Below are positions 8,147-17,733 of a stretch of 64,000 nucleotides of DNA, piece after piece. The stretch lies in NCBI GenBank assembly GCA_016789885.1, contig JAEUPZ010000027.1, positions 98-64,097 on the forward strand. The letters run 5' to 3'. This DNA is from Chromatiales bacterium. GTDB lineage: Bacteria > Pseudomonadota > Gammaproteobacteria > Steroidobacterales > GCA-2729495. The notes beneath the pieces are model-generated. The model worked only from the letters and a program-made list of their open reading frames with translations. It ran no database searches and was not told where the DNA came from. A program made the position numbers and the translations under genes. Position 1 is the first letter of the stretch; every line of letters starts with the position of its first letter.

Positions 8147-9763
8147 TCAGATCGTGCCGTTCACGATGGGCGCGAAGGCCGTCAGGCTGTCGCGCAGCTG
8201 CGTGTTGCCGAGGCCGTGCCCGGGGAACAGGCTCGCGAACTGGCCCTGCTGGCCGTGCAGCGCCAGGTAGTTGAGGATCACCGTCTCCACCAGCAGGTTG
8301 ACGTTGTTCGCCGCCGGCGAGCTCGAGGTTTCCACCGAGCCGTCGGGCCGGAACCAGCCGAGCTGCTGGCGCCGGGCCTGCTGCTCGGGCGTGCCGCCCA
8401 TGAGCTGGGGCCTGCCGCTGGGGCTGTAGACGAGGAAGAACGACGCGGCCGTGGCCTGGTTGTCGCTGGCCCACTCGCCCTTGCCGCGGCCGTTGATGGT
8501 GTTGTCGATGGCGCCGTCGCTCGACAGCGAGCCGTCGCTGAAGACGTAGAGCATCAGCGGCATGCCGACCCGGGCGGCGTACTCGAGGCAGGCGCCCATG
8601 CAGCGCCCGGCGCGGAAGTCGCGCATCTCGCCGACGGCACGGCGTCCGCCGTGGTAGTCGTAGCCGCCCATGGTCACGCAGCCGGCGCCGGCATAGCCGT
8701 TCAGCACCAGCTTCATCACCGAGGCGGTCTTGCGGAACTCGCCGTCACCGTCGTACTCCGCCTGGCTGAAGACGCCCGACGGACCGACGATCTGCGGGTC
8801 GAGGCTCGGGTTGAGCGACGACGGGTCGCCGAACCGGTCGGCGATGTCGGCGGACTTCAGGTAGCCGCAGCGGACGAGGTCCTTGACCACGGCGTCGCGG
8901 GTGATCATCGGCTTCTCGGGGTCGGGGAAGTTCAGCCCCGTCGAGACCGCGTCCAGCTTCATGCTGCTGAGGCGCTGGATCGACTCCATCACCGCGACGG
9001 CATCGTCCTGGCCCAGCAGTCCCACCAGCTGGCCGGTGTCGACCAGCCCCGTCACGTCGCTCGGCCGGTCGATCTTCGTCGGCCGCAGGTCGGGCCGGAT
9101 CAGCGACAGCGGCGCCATCGAGTTGCCGCCCGACTCGGAGTTCTGCGAGCCGATCAGCGTCAGCAGCGAGCCGAAGGAACCGGCCCGGGCGATGCCGTAC
9201 ATCGGGTTGTGCGGATTGTTGCCGGTGTCGTTCTCGGACCGCGCCGGTATGACGCAGCCGTTGATGCCGGCGGCGGTGCCCGCCGAGATCCGGTCCAGGA
9301 TGCCGCGCAGGAACGCGCTGTCGCTGTGGAACGCGAGCCCCAGCGTGTCGTCGACGTGGTCCTGGCCCGTGGTCGGGTCGATGACCGGCGGGATCATGTT
9401 GCCCGGCAGGCCGAGCCGGCTGTAGCCGGCGGTGCTGAGGAAGTCGCGCTGGCCGCCCTGGCCGCCCGTCAGCACGTTGGAGCCGGCCATGTTCGCGCCG
9501 CCCGCCAGGTCGAAGCAGATGAAGGGGATCTTGCCGGCGCCCTGTACGGAGATGCCGCAGGCGGTCTTCAGGGCCTCGAGGTCCGGGGCCAGGGCCGCGT
9601 GGGCCTGCCGCGGGCTCGCGAAGAGGCTCAGCACCCCGCCGCCGAAGACACTGGCGGCGCCGGTCATGAAGCCCTGAGAGATCAGCTGCCGACGCGTGAC
9701 CGGCCGCGGATGGTCCGGGTGGCGGAGGGGGCCGAAGTAGTCGGGGATGGTCTTGCGTGCCAT
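8147..9763 (-). CDS. Tat-exported protein, DUF1501/sulfatase-like (family assignment tentative)
   Basis: 538 aa. Twin-arginine signal TRRQLISQGFMTGAASVF...AHA. Motifs FICFDLAGGANMAGSN and TMGGYDYHGG resemble the metal-site motifs of DUF1501-type proteins. Confidence 0.7.
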   Translation of the reverse strand: MARKTIPDYFGPLRHPDHPRPVTRRQLISQGFMTGAASVFGGGVLSLFASPRQAHAALAPDLEALKTACGISVQGAGKIPFICFDLAGGANMAGSNVLTGGQGGQRDFLSTAGYSRLGLPGNMIPPVIDPTTGQDHVDDTLGLAFHSDSAFLRGILDRISAGTAAGINGCVIPARSENDTGNNPHNPMYGIARAGSFGSLLTLIGSQNSESGGNSMAPLSLIRPDLRPTKIDRPSDVTGLVDTGQLVGLLGQDDAVAVMESIQRLSSMKLDAVSTGLNFPDPEKPMITRDAVVKDLVRCGYLKSADIADRFGDPSSLNPSLDPQIVGPSGVFSQAEYDGDGEFRKTASVMKLVLNGYAGAGCVTMGGYDYHGGRRAVGEMRDFRAGRCMGACLEYAARVGMPLMLYVFSDGSLSSDGAIDNTINGRGKGEWASDNQATAASFFLVYSPSGRPQLMGGTPEQQARRQQLGWFRPDGSVETSSSPAANNVNLLVETVILNYLALHGQQGQFASLFPGHGLGNTQLRDSLTAFAPIVNGTI

Positions 9764-9786
9764 GGGGCTTTCCTTGCCTTGGGGCG

Positions 9787-12279
9787 CTACTGCACCAGCA
9801 TGCCGGCGCTGCCGAGGGTCGCCGAGCAGACCGCCTTCGCGACGGTCCGCGTCCGGTCCGCGCTGCAGCCGGCGCCGCAGCTGGTGAGCCCGGTGATCAG
9901 GTTCTCCATCTCCAGCCGGACGTTGTCGATCTGCGGCTGGCTGGTGAGGCCGGTGCCCGGCGCGATGCCGTACACGCGGCTGAGCATCGGCAGCACGATG
10001 AGGTCGCGCTCGGCGCCCGTGTCGTAGGCCTGGGCCGCCGGCTGGCCGAAGTCGAAGCCCGGGAACACCTGCGCCCGCAGCGTCGCGTCGTCGACCATGA
10101 CGCTGCAGTACTCGATGGCCAGCTGCGCGATGCCGATCTGGTGTGAAGTCAGGAAGGCTTCGGGGTCCTCCACGGCCGGCAGGCTCTGCCGGACCAGCGC
10201 GTAGGTGGCGCGCACGTTCGGGTGCGTGACCGGCACGCCGGTGACCGTCGACATGGTGGCGTTGATCTCGTCGAAGAGCTTCACGCCGATGTCGGAGCGG
10301 GGCGAGCCCTCGGGCGGCGGCGGCGGGGACAGCGGCGCCGGCTCGGTGCGCACGTTGATGCTGGTGCCGAGCAGCTCGAAGGTCAGGAAGAACTCGTCGC
10401 CGTCCGGGCCCTTCTGCAGGGGCACGACGGTGCCCAGCGTCGACAGCAGCTGCTGGCGGGTCGCGGGGTCATAGCCCCTGGTGGTGCCGAGCGTCGTGTC
10501 GAGGTTCTGGTACGCCTGGCTGACCGGTACCTCGGCGCCGTCGATGCCGATGCGCAGGCCCTTCAGCGGTACCGCCGCCGGCACGTAGCCCTCGTCCAGG
10601 CTGACGAAGACCGGCCGGTCGAACAGGTACGCGTAGCTGTCGAGCTGGCTCACCGTGAAGAGGATGTAGCTGCCCGGGTTGCCCACGTGGGTGCTCACGT
10701 CGAAGAGCAGGTAGAACTTCTCGCCGACGCCGGCATCGAAGTTCTGCTGGATCTGCGTCGGCGTCAGCGCCCGGTCGTGGATCGCGACGAGGCGCAGCAC
10801 GCCCTGCCACTGGCGGTCGTTCGACGCCTCGTTGCCCAGCACCAGGGCGAAGGTGTCGTCCCAGTCGGCCAGCGTGCCGCCGGCGGCCGGGTCGCCGTCG
10901 CCGGTGTCGCTGCCGTTCACGTAGATGCGCCGGCCGTTCACCGGGTCGAAGGTCATGACGACGTGCTGCAGGGTCGCCTGGGCATCCTGGTCGGCGTCGG
11001 CGGTGCTGAGTCGCGGCGCGCCGTTGGCGTCGGTGTTCGAGCTGCGGCCCCAGGCGTCGTAGCTGTACATCGTCTGGCCGAGGGTGAAGTTCCGCAGGGT
11101 CGTCCCGGCGGAGTACGTGACGATCCGGGTGTTCTCCTGGTTTACGTTGGCGGGTGCCGCCCAGGCCTCGATGGTGTACTCGTTCGACGCCTTGATCCGG
11201 TCGTGCAGCTTGCGGCTCGCCGTGGTGGCGCCCTGGGCCTTGCCGCTGCGGATGTTGATGCCCCAGCCGCCGACCCAGGACACGTCGCCCGACAGCGTCA
11301 GGTTGATGGCCGGCTGCACGCCGCTGGTGTCGAAGGCCGTCGTGCCGGCGCCTTCCTTGAACTGCCACAGGGCGATCTGGCTGCCCTCGTAGCGGTTGCC
11401 GCCCGCGGCGACGATGCCGTCGTACATCGTCAGGGCCTTGCTGACCACGAGCGACGGGTCGACCTCGGTCACGGGCACCTGGGCCGCAAAGGCCGCGATG
11501 GCGTCGGTCATCTCGGTGGCGTTGCTCGTGCAGTCGCTCCAGCAGTTGTGGAACTCCTGGCCGAGGCGCGTGACGAACCGCGAGCTCGCCGGCGCGTCGA
11601 GGTTCATGCGCGTCCGCGCCGCGTCGTAGGCCGTGGCGACGTCGCCGTCGGCGAAGAAGGGCGACTGGCGCAGGGCCGAGCTCGAGCTGTGGCAGCCGGC
11701 GCAATAGTCGCGCACGACGGGGTAGACGGTCGCGGCGAAGAGTGCGGGGCTCTCCGGGTAGTTGCGGGTCGCGCCCACGTCGCGGCTCGGCGGCGGCTGC
11801 AGCAGGATCTGGCGCGTGCCGCCCTCGGCCGAGCCCGAGGACCAGGCCTCGATCCAGTTCGTCATGGTGTCGGCGCAGGCCTGCAGGCTGCCCGGCGTGC
11901 TGCCGAGCCAGCAGTTGTGGCCGCCCGCCACCTTGGTGACGAGCCGCGAGTTGCCGGGCTGCAGGTCGTCGAGCAGCGGCAGCGCGGCGGCGTAGGCGAG
12001 GTTCACGTCGTCGTCGCGGGCGAAGAGCGGCGACTGGCTGGCACCGTGGCAGGCGCCGCAGCCGGCGACGCCGCTGGCGCGCACGTTGGTCCAGATGTTC
12101 GTGGCGAAGGCCTGGGTCTCGGCCGTTGCCGGGGGCGGGCCCGAGTAGTTGGACGGGGGCGTGGTGTTGTTGGGCGGCAGGACCTCGGTGCCGGCGCCGC
12201 CGCCGCAGGCGGCGAGCACGGCCGCCGTGGCGACCAGCAGCAGGCGGGGGGCGAGGCGGATCATCGCAGTGGCGTTCAC
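9787..12279 (-). CDS. lipoprotein with two CxxCH motifs and a LamG-like domain
   Basis: 830 aa. Lipobox LAACGGG. A module is duplicated: CGACHG...GGHNCW and CAGCHS...EFHNCW. LamG-type signature WQGVLRLVAIHDRALTPTQIQQNF. The start may be the ATG 15 nt downstream (MIRLAP). Confidence 0.75.
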   Translation of the reverse strand: MNATAMIRLAPRLLLVATAAVLAACGGGAGTEVLPPNNTTPPSNYSGPPPATAETQAFATNIWTNVRASGVAGCGACHGASQSPLFARDDDVNLAYAAALPLLDDLQPGNSRLVTKVAGGHNCWLGSTPGSLQACADTMTNWIEAWSSGSAEGGTRQILLQPPPSRDVGATRNYPESPALFAATVYPVVRDYCAGCHSSSSALRQSPFFADGDVATAYDAARTRMNLDAPASSRFVTRLGQEFHNCWSDCTSNATEMTDAIAAFAAQVPVTEVDPSLVVSKALTMYDGIVAAGGNRYEGSQIALWQFKEGAGTTAFDTSGVQPAINLTLSGDVSWVGGWGINIRSGKAQGATTASRKLHDRIKASNEYTIEAWAAPANVNQENTRIVTYSAGTTLRNFTLGQTMYSYDAWGRSSNTDANGAPRLSTADADQDAQATLQHVVMTFDPVNGRRIYVNGSDTGDGDPAAGGTLADWDDTFALVLGNEASNDRQWQGVLRLVAIHDRALTPTQIQQNFDAGVGEKFYLLFDVSTHVGNPGSYILFTVSQLDSYAYLFDRPVFVSLDEGYVPAAVPLKGLRIGIDGAEVPVSQAYQNLDTTLGTTRGYDPATRQQLLSTLGTVVPLQKGPDGDEFFLTFELLGTSINVRTEPAPLSPPPPPEGSPRSDIGVKLFDEINATMSTVTGVPVTHPNVRATYALVRQSLPAVEDPEAFLTSHQIGIAQLAIEYCSVMVDDATLRAQVFPGFDFGQPAAQAYDTGAERDLIVLPMLSRVYGIAPGTGLTSQPQIDNVRLEMENLITGLTSCGAGCSADRTRTVAKAVCSATLGSAGMLVQ

Positions 12280-12293
12280 GGGCGGCGCTCCCC

Positions 12294-13511
12294 TCAGTTA
12301 CCCATGCAGTACGTGGCGGCCCGGGCGAAGACCTGCTTCAGCCGGTAGCCGTCGCTGCGGAACGCGGCCGAGCTGCTGGCCACGTGGCTGCGGTCCGCCG
12401 TGCTCGTGGGCGGGCGCAGGCAGACGTTGCGGAACACCTTCTCGACCTGGCAGCTGGCGAAGGCCTGGCTGTTGGCCAGCTCCTGGCCCATGCTCGCGGC
12501 CCCCGAGCCGCTGCCGGGCAGGGACGGGTCCCAGCCGAGCAGCGCGTTCTGGCCGGCGCGCCAGTAGTTCGCCCAGCTGTCGTCCGGGGTGCGGTAGCCC
12601 TGGATGAACGTCTGGTCGTTGTTGTAGTACTTCGGGTGCACCGCGCCGGCGCTGTACACCAGCCGCCCGAGCACGGGGTCGAAGTTGTAGTAGGCAAAGG
12701 CCTGGGTCAGCGGATCCATGCCGCTGTGGCAGCCGATGCAGTTGTTCAGGAAGATGCGGCTGTCGCCGCCGGGGCTGCGTGACACGTCCTGGCGGATCCG
12801 GTCCGGCGCGCGGGTGATGTCGAGCACCTGCTCCAGGTCGCGGCACATGTGGTTCAGCAGCGTGAAGCGGAACATCGCGCGGTTGGTGCCGGCGATGAAG
12901 AACGCCTCGGCGGCCGCCCGCGTCGTGAAGATGCCGGCCGGGGCGCCGGCCGGGTAGCCGTAGGCCGCCGTCTGGGTCGTGCGGACCAGGGCCTGCTTCA
13001 GGTTGACGCCGTTCTGCTCCAGCGCGGCGTAGTGGTCGTTGTTCGACGCCGAGACCGCCGGCACGCCGGCGCCCGAGCCGACGTACAGGATGTCGTCCGA
13101 CAGTACGCTGTTGAACGGCACGTCGTCGCGCACCATGCCGATGACGGTGGCGGTGTAGTCGTTGAGCGGGGCGAAGGCGTTGAAGTCCCGGTTCGTCCAC
13201 GGCGTCGCGAAGTTCTTCAGCGACACCGAGTAGAAGTTCGGGTTCTCCATGGCGGTGGCGGCCGCCTGCTCGGCGTTGCCGCCGCCGATCTGCGCCTCCA
13301 TCGTGGCCAGCACCGCCTCGCTCGGCGGCACGCCGGCCAGGCGCTCGTGCATGCGCCGCGCCTGCTCGCGCGGTCCGGCAGCGGCCGTGCCCGCAGCGGC
13401 GAGCGCGGCGACCATGACGACGGCGAAGCGGTGTGCAGCCTGCCCGGCTGCGCGCGCACGCCGACCTGTCGAAGCGACGGCGCCCTGCCGTCCCTGCAGC
13501 GTCGTAACCAC
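12294..13511 (-). CDS. secreted CxxCH protein, DUF1588/DUF1592-like
   Basis: 405-aa ORF. The motif CIGCHSGMDPLTQAFAYYNFD resembles the C..CH...DP.G.a.E.fD signature of planctomycete-type DUF1588 proteins. The exact start is uncertain and may be the internal Met before VAALAAAG. Confidence 0.65.
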   Translation of the reverse strand: MVTTLQGRQGAVASTGRRARAAGQAAHRFAVVMVAALAAAGTAAAGPREQARRMHERLAGVPPSEAVLATMEAQIGGGNAEQAAATAMENPNFYSVSLKNFATPWTNRDFNAFAPLNDYTATVIGMVRDDVPFNSVLSDDILYVGSGAGVPAVSASNNDHYAALEQNGVNLKQALVRTTQTAAYGYPAGAPAGIFTTRAAAEAFFIAGTNRAMFRFTLLNHMCRDLEQVLDITRAPDRIRQDVSRSPGGDSRIFLNNCIGCHSGMDPLTQAFAYYNFDPVLGRLVYSAGAVHPKYYNNDQTFIQGYRTPDDSWANYWRAGQNALLGWDPSLPGSGSGAASMGQELANSQAFASCQVEKVFRNVCLRPPTSTADRSHVASSSAAFRSDGYRLKQVFARAATYCMGN

Positions 13512-13662
13512 GTTGTGCCCATCCCCGAAAGGTGGCGCCTTGCGCGCCGGGAGGCATTAGGCGTTGGCGTGGCCCCGGCCTTCTGTGACTGCGTTAACGG
13601 TTCGCGGAAAACCCTGTGTATTACGTTAGCTGCCGAGCCGGGGGGCGCACTGATCGGATCAG

Positions 13663-16332
13663 ATGCGGCGCACCTCGGATGGGCAAGCGGGGATCATGAT
13701 GGCTGCAGGAATGCAGGCGCGCACGTGGGCACGTGCGCTGATCGCGGGCTGCGCCGTGGCCTCAGGCATGGCCGGCTGCGGGGGCGGTGGCGTGGGCGGC
13801 GGCCAGGACCCGGATCCCGTGGTGCTGGACGTGCCCATTGCCTACGTGCGCCGGCCGCTGGCCGTGAACAACAACGGTACCCTCGTGGCATCCGACGTCC
13901 GCGTGCAGCGGGCGTTCAACCCCGGCGCCGAGCTCTTCGTGCGCGAGCGGGCAGCCGTCGGTGGCGCCGAGATCAATGTCACCGGCCGCATCACCGGCGG
14001 GTCCGGACTCTACGACATCCGCGACGTCGAGCCGTCCTTCGACGGCACGCGGCTGCTGTTTGCCATGCGCGGCCCGTTCATCCCCGGCGCCAATGCCGAC
14101 CAGCAGCCGCCCTGGGACATCTGGGAGTACGACATCGGCAGCGACACGCTGCGCCGGGTCATCGCGTCGGACATCACGGCCGCCACCGGCCACGACGTCG
14201 CGCCCCACTACCTGCCCGACGGACGCATCATCTTCTCCTCGACCCGCCAGCGCACCGCCAAGGCCGTGCTGCTCGACGAGGGCCGTCCGCAGTTCGATGC
14301 CCTGAACGAGGCCCGGGCCGAGCCCGCCTTCGTGCTGCACGTCATGAACGCCGACGGCAGCGACATCCGCCAGGTGTCGTTCAACCGCAGCCACGACCTT
14401 GATCCGACGGTGCTGTCGAACGGCCAGGTGCTGTTCACGCGCTGGGACAACGCGGGCTCGGTCAATGCCATGCACCTGTACCGCATGAACCCGGACGGCA
14501 CCGGCCTCGAGCTGTACTACGGCCGCAACAGCCACGCCACCGGGACGAACGGGGCCACCGTGCAGTTCCTGCAGCCCCGCGAGATGCAGGACGGCCGCAT
14601 CCTCGTGGTGCTGCGGCCCTTCCAGGTCACGGACCAGGGCGGCGACCTCGTCCGCATCGACGGCGGGAACTACCTCGAGAACCTTCAGCCGACGGCCCCG
14701 AACGTCGGCATCCTCGCGGGCCCCGCCCAGGAGCGCGCCGTCATCAACGACGTGCGGACGGACGCGCTGGTGTCCCCGGGCGGCAAGTTCAGCGCCGCCT
14801 TCCCGCTGCTCGACGGCACCGACCGCCTGTTCGTGAGCTGGAGCCCGTGCCGCCTGCAGGATCCGGTGGCTGGCACCATCCTGGCCTGCACCGTGGCAAA
14901 CCTCGCGAATCCCGCGCTCGTGGCGGCGCCGCCGCTCTACGGTCTCTGGGTCTACGACCGCCGCGAGAATACGCAGATCCCGGTCTTCACGCCGGTCGAG
15001 GGCGTCGTCTACACCGACGTCGTCGCCGCCCAGCCGCGCCCGGCGCCGCCGGTCATCTTCGACCAGGAGGCCACCGGCAGCGTCGACCCGCAACTCGCCG
15101 ACGAGAACGTCGGCCTCATCGACATCCGCAGCGTCTACGATGTCAACGGCGTCGCGAACCGGAACATCGCCAGTACGGCGAACCCGGCCCTGACGCTGGC
15201 GGCGGCACGCCCGGCCCGCTTCCTGCGGCTCGAGAAGGCCGTGGCGATACCGCCGCGCACGGTGCGGAACATCGCCAACACCGCCTTCGGCGTGTCTACG
15301 ACCCAGGGCATGCGCGAGATCCTCGGCTACGTGCCGATCGAGCCCGACGGCTCGGTGGTCGCGAAGGTGCCGGCCAACGTGCCCTTCGCCGTCTCGGTGC
15401 TCGACGCCAACGGGCGCCGCACGACGCCGCGCCACCAGAACTGGCTTCAGCTGCGCCCGGGACAGGTGCTCACCTGCAATGGCTGCCACGCGCCCAACGG
15501 GCAGCGGTCCCACGGCAGGCAGGCGGCCTACAACAGCGCCTGGGCCGGAGCCCAGGCCGACGGCCAGCCGTTCCCTAATACCGTCGGCACGTTCTTCGCG
15601 GACTTCGGCGAGACCATGGCCCAGGCCAAGCGGCGCATCAGCTGCGCGACGGACTGCGCCCTCGTCACCCCGTCCGTCGACGTCGTCTACGAGGACATCT
15701 GGACGGACCCGGCGGCCGCCGGCCGGGCGCCGGACGCCGCCTTCAGCTATGCCTACGCCGACCTGCAGACGCCGGCCCCCACCAGCGCTGGCTGCCTGCA
15801 GCAGTGGGACGCCAACTGCCGCATCACCATCAACTACGAGACCCACATCCACCCCCTCTGGTCGCTGCCCCGGCAGCTGCTCGACGCCGATGGCGTCACG
15901 GTGCTCCAGGACAACACCTGCACGGCCTGCCACTCGCCGACCGACGCCATGGGCATGGCGCAGGTACCCGCGGGCCAGCTCGACCTGTCGGACGGCCCGT
16001 CGGACATCAACGCGGCCCACTTCAAGTCCTACCGTGAACTGCTGTCGGCGGACAACGAACAGGTCCTCAACGAGGGCGCCCTGCAGGACCGCTTGGTGGA
16101 GGTCGGTATCGACGAGGTCACCGGTGCCCCGATCTTTGCGACGGTCGGCGTCCCGGCCTCGCTGTCGACGGCCGGCGCCAACAGCACGGCGTCGGCCCGG
16201 TTCTTCAGCCGCTTCGCGCCGGGCGGCTCCCACGCCGGACGGCTGTCGCCCGCCGAGCTCCGTCTCGTCGCCGAGTGGGTCGACCTCGGCGCGCAGTACT
16301 TCAACAACCCCTTCGACGCCCCGGCGAACTGA
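13663..16332 (+). CDS. TolB-like beta-propeller lipoprotein with two C-terminal CxxCH motifs (HzsA-related-like)
   Basis: 889 aa. Lipobox MAGCGGG. Repeated propeller strings (PHYLPDGRIIFSSTRQ, PTVLSNGQVLFTRWD). CNGCHAPNGQRSHG and CTACHSPTD near the C-terminus. Ends LVAEWVDLGAQYFNNPF. Confidence 0.75.
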   Translation: MRRTSDGQAGIMMAAGMQARTWARALIAGCAVASGMAGCGGGGVGGGQDPDPVVLDVPIAYVRRPLAVNNNGTLVASDVRVQRAFNPGAELFVRERAAVGGAEINVTGRITGGSGLYDIRDVEPSFDGTRLLFAMRGPFIPGANADQQPPWDIWEYDIGSDTLRRVIASDITAATGHDVAPHYLPDGRIIFSSTRQRTAKAVLLDEGRPQFDALNEARAEPAFVLHVMNADGSDIRQVSFNRSHDLDPTVLSNGQVLFTRWDNAGSVNAMHLYRMNPDGTGLELYYGRNSHATGTNGATVQFLQPREMQDGRILVVLRPFQVTDQGGDLVRIDGGNYLENLQPTAPNVGILAGPAQERAVINDVRTDALVSPGGKFSAAFPLLDGTDRLFVSWSPCRLQDPVAGTILACTVANLANPALVAAPPLYGLWVYDRRENTQIPVFTPVEGVVYTDVVAAQPRPAPPVIFDQEATGSVDPQLADENVGLIDIRSVYDVNGVANRNIASTANPALTLAAARPARFLRLEKAVAIPPRTVRNIANTAFGVSTTQGMREILGYVPIEPDGSVVAKVPANVPFAVSVLDANGRRTTPRHQNWLQLRPGQVLTCNGCHAPNGQRSHGRQAAYNSAWAGAQADGQPFPNTVGTFFADFGETMAQAKRRISCATDCALVTPSVDVVYEDIWTDPAAAGRAPDAAFSYAYADLQTPAPTSAGCLQQWDANCRITINYETHIHPLWSLPRQLLDADGVTVLQDNTCTACHSPTDAMGMAQVPAGQLDLSDGPSDINAAHFKSYRELLSADNEQVLNEGALQDRLVEVGIDEVTGAPIFATVGVPASLSTAGANSTASARFFSRFAPGGSHAGRLSPAELRLVAEWVDLGAQYFNNPFDAPAN

Positions 16333-16335
16333 CCC

Positions 16336-17073
16336 ATGGCCCGATTCCTCGCACTGCTGATGGTTTTCGTGGGCCTGGTCACACCGGCTTATGGCAAGGC
16401 GCGCCACTATCAGGCCGTCGTCGCCGACCCCTTCGTCGAGCTCCGGACCGGCCCGGGGCAGGGCTACCCGGTCGTCCAGGTGGTTGACCGCGGCCAGACC
16501 ATCGAGGTGGAGAAGCGGCGGACCGACTGGTTCCGGGTGCGGACCGACCGGGGCTTTGCCGGCTGGGTGCGGGTGGACCAGCTCGAGCGGACGCTGAACG
16601 GCGCCGGGGCGCTGACCGAGATCGTCGATCCCGACGAGGCCGACTTCGCCGGCCGGAGGTTCGAGCTCGGCGTGCAGCTCGGCGACTTCGGCGGGGCGAG
16701 CTCGCTGGGCGTCTACGGGGCGTGGCACCTGAACCGGCACGTGGCGACGGAGCTGCGCTTCGCCGACATCAGCGGCAGCTTCTCCGACGGCTGGCTGGCG
16801 GTGGCCGACCTCGTCATGCAGCCGTTCCCGGAGTGGCGGCTGTCGCCGTTCGTGGCGCTGGGCACCGGCGTGCTGCGCACGGAGCCGAAGGCGACGCTGG
16901 TGCAGACCGAGGACCGCACGGACCAGGTGGGGCACGTCGGCATCGGCCTGCGGGCGCACCTGACCAAGCGGCTGCTGCTGCGCGGCGAGTACAGCAGCTA
17001 CCTGGCATTTACGAGCCGCGACGACAACGAGGAAGTCGACGAATGGAAAGCCGGATTCGCATTCTTCTTCTGA
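16336..17073 (+). CDS. SH3b-domain + outer-membrane beta-barrel protein
   Basis: Signal peptide. SH3b-like segment VELRTGPGQGYPVVQVVDRGQTIEVEKRRTDWFRVRTDRGFAGWV. Alternating beta-strand C-terminal half ending GFAFFF. Starts 3 nt after the previous gene. Confidence 0.75.
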   Translation: MARFLALLMVFVGLVTPAYGKARHYQAVVADPFVELRTGPGQGYPVVQVVDRGQTIEVEKRRTDWFRVRTDRGFAGWVRVDQLERTLNGAGALTEIVDPDEADFAGRRFELGVQLGDFGGASSLGVYGAWHLNRHVATELRFADISGSFSDGWLAVADLVMQPFPEWRLSPFVALGTGVLRTEPKATLVQTEDRTDQVGHVGIGLRAHLTKRLLLRGEYSSYLAFTSRDDNEEVDEWKAGFAFFF

Positions 17074-17726
17074 GCGCCGTGCTGGCGGCGGCCGGCCTCG
17101 CGTCCGGCTGCAGCCTGCTGCCCGGCCGTGGCGCGGACGCGCCGCCGCCGGCGACGGCAGCCGACGCCGGCGAAGCCCCGGTCATCGATCCCGTCGTGGA
17201 GCGCCGCGAGGTCAAGGCCGCCGACATCGACACCGAGGACTTCCAGATCGGCGCCCACGTCGGCCAGATCAACGTCGAGGACTTCGGCAGCACGCTGGTG
17301 GTCGCGTTCCGCGGCACCTACAACATCAGCGAGCGGTTCTTCCTCGACGCGACCTATGCCCAGACCGACGACGTCGACCGTACCAGCGCCGAGACGCTGA
17401 ACAACATCGACCTGCTCGGGGGCGACCGCCAGTACAAGTACTACAACGTCGCCATCGGCTGGAACGTGCTGCCCGGCGAGATCTTCCTCGGCAAGGGACG
17501 CGCCATGAACTCGGCGCTCTACGTCGTGGCGGGCGCCGGCAACACCACCTTCGGCGGCGACGACTGGTTCACGACCACCGTCGGCGGCGGGTTCCGCGTG
17601 CTGCCGGTGGACTTCATCGCGGTGAACCTCGACGTGCGCAACCACATGTTCGACTTCGACCGCACCGGCGAGGACAAGTCGACCAACAACCTCGAGTACA
17701 CCCTGGGCTTCAGCTGGTTCTTCTGA
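17043..17726 (+). CDS. outer-membrane beta-barrel lipoprotein
   Basis: Start MESRIRILLLSAVLAAAGLASGC (lipobox), overlapping the previous gene by 31 nt. Beta-barrel-like sequence ending TLGFSWFF. Confidence 0.7.
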   Translation: MESRIRILLLSAVLAAAGLASGCSLLPGRGADAPPPATAADAGEAPVIDPVVERREVKAADIDTEDFQIGAHVGQINVEDFGSTLVVAFRGTYNISERFFLDATYAQTDDVDRTSAETLNNIDLLGGDRQYKYYNVAIGWNVLPGEIFLGKGRAMNSALYVVAGAGNTTFGGDDWFTTTVGGGFRVLPVDFIAVNLDVRNHMFDFDRTGEDKSTNNLEYTLGFSWFF

Positions 17727-17733
17727 GGGCGCC

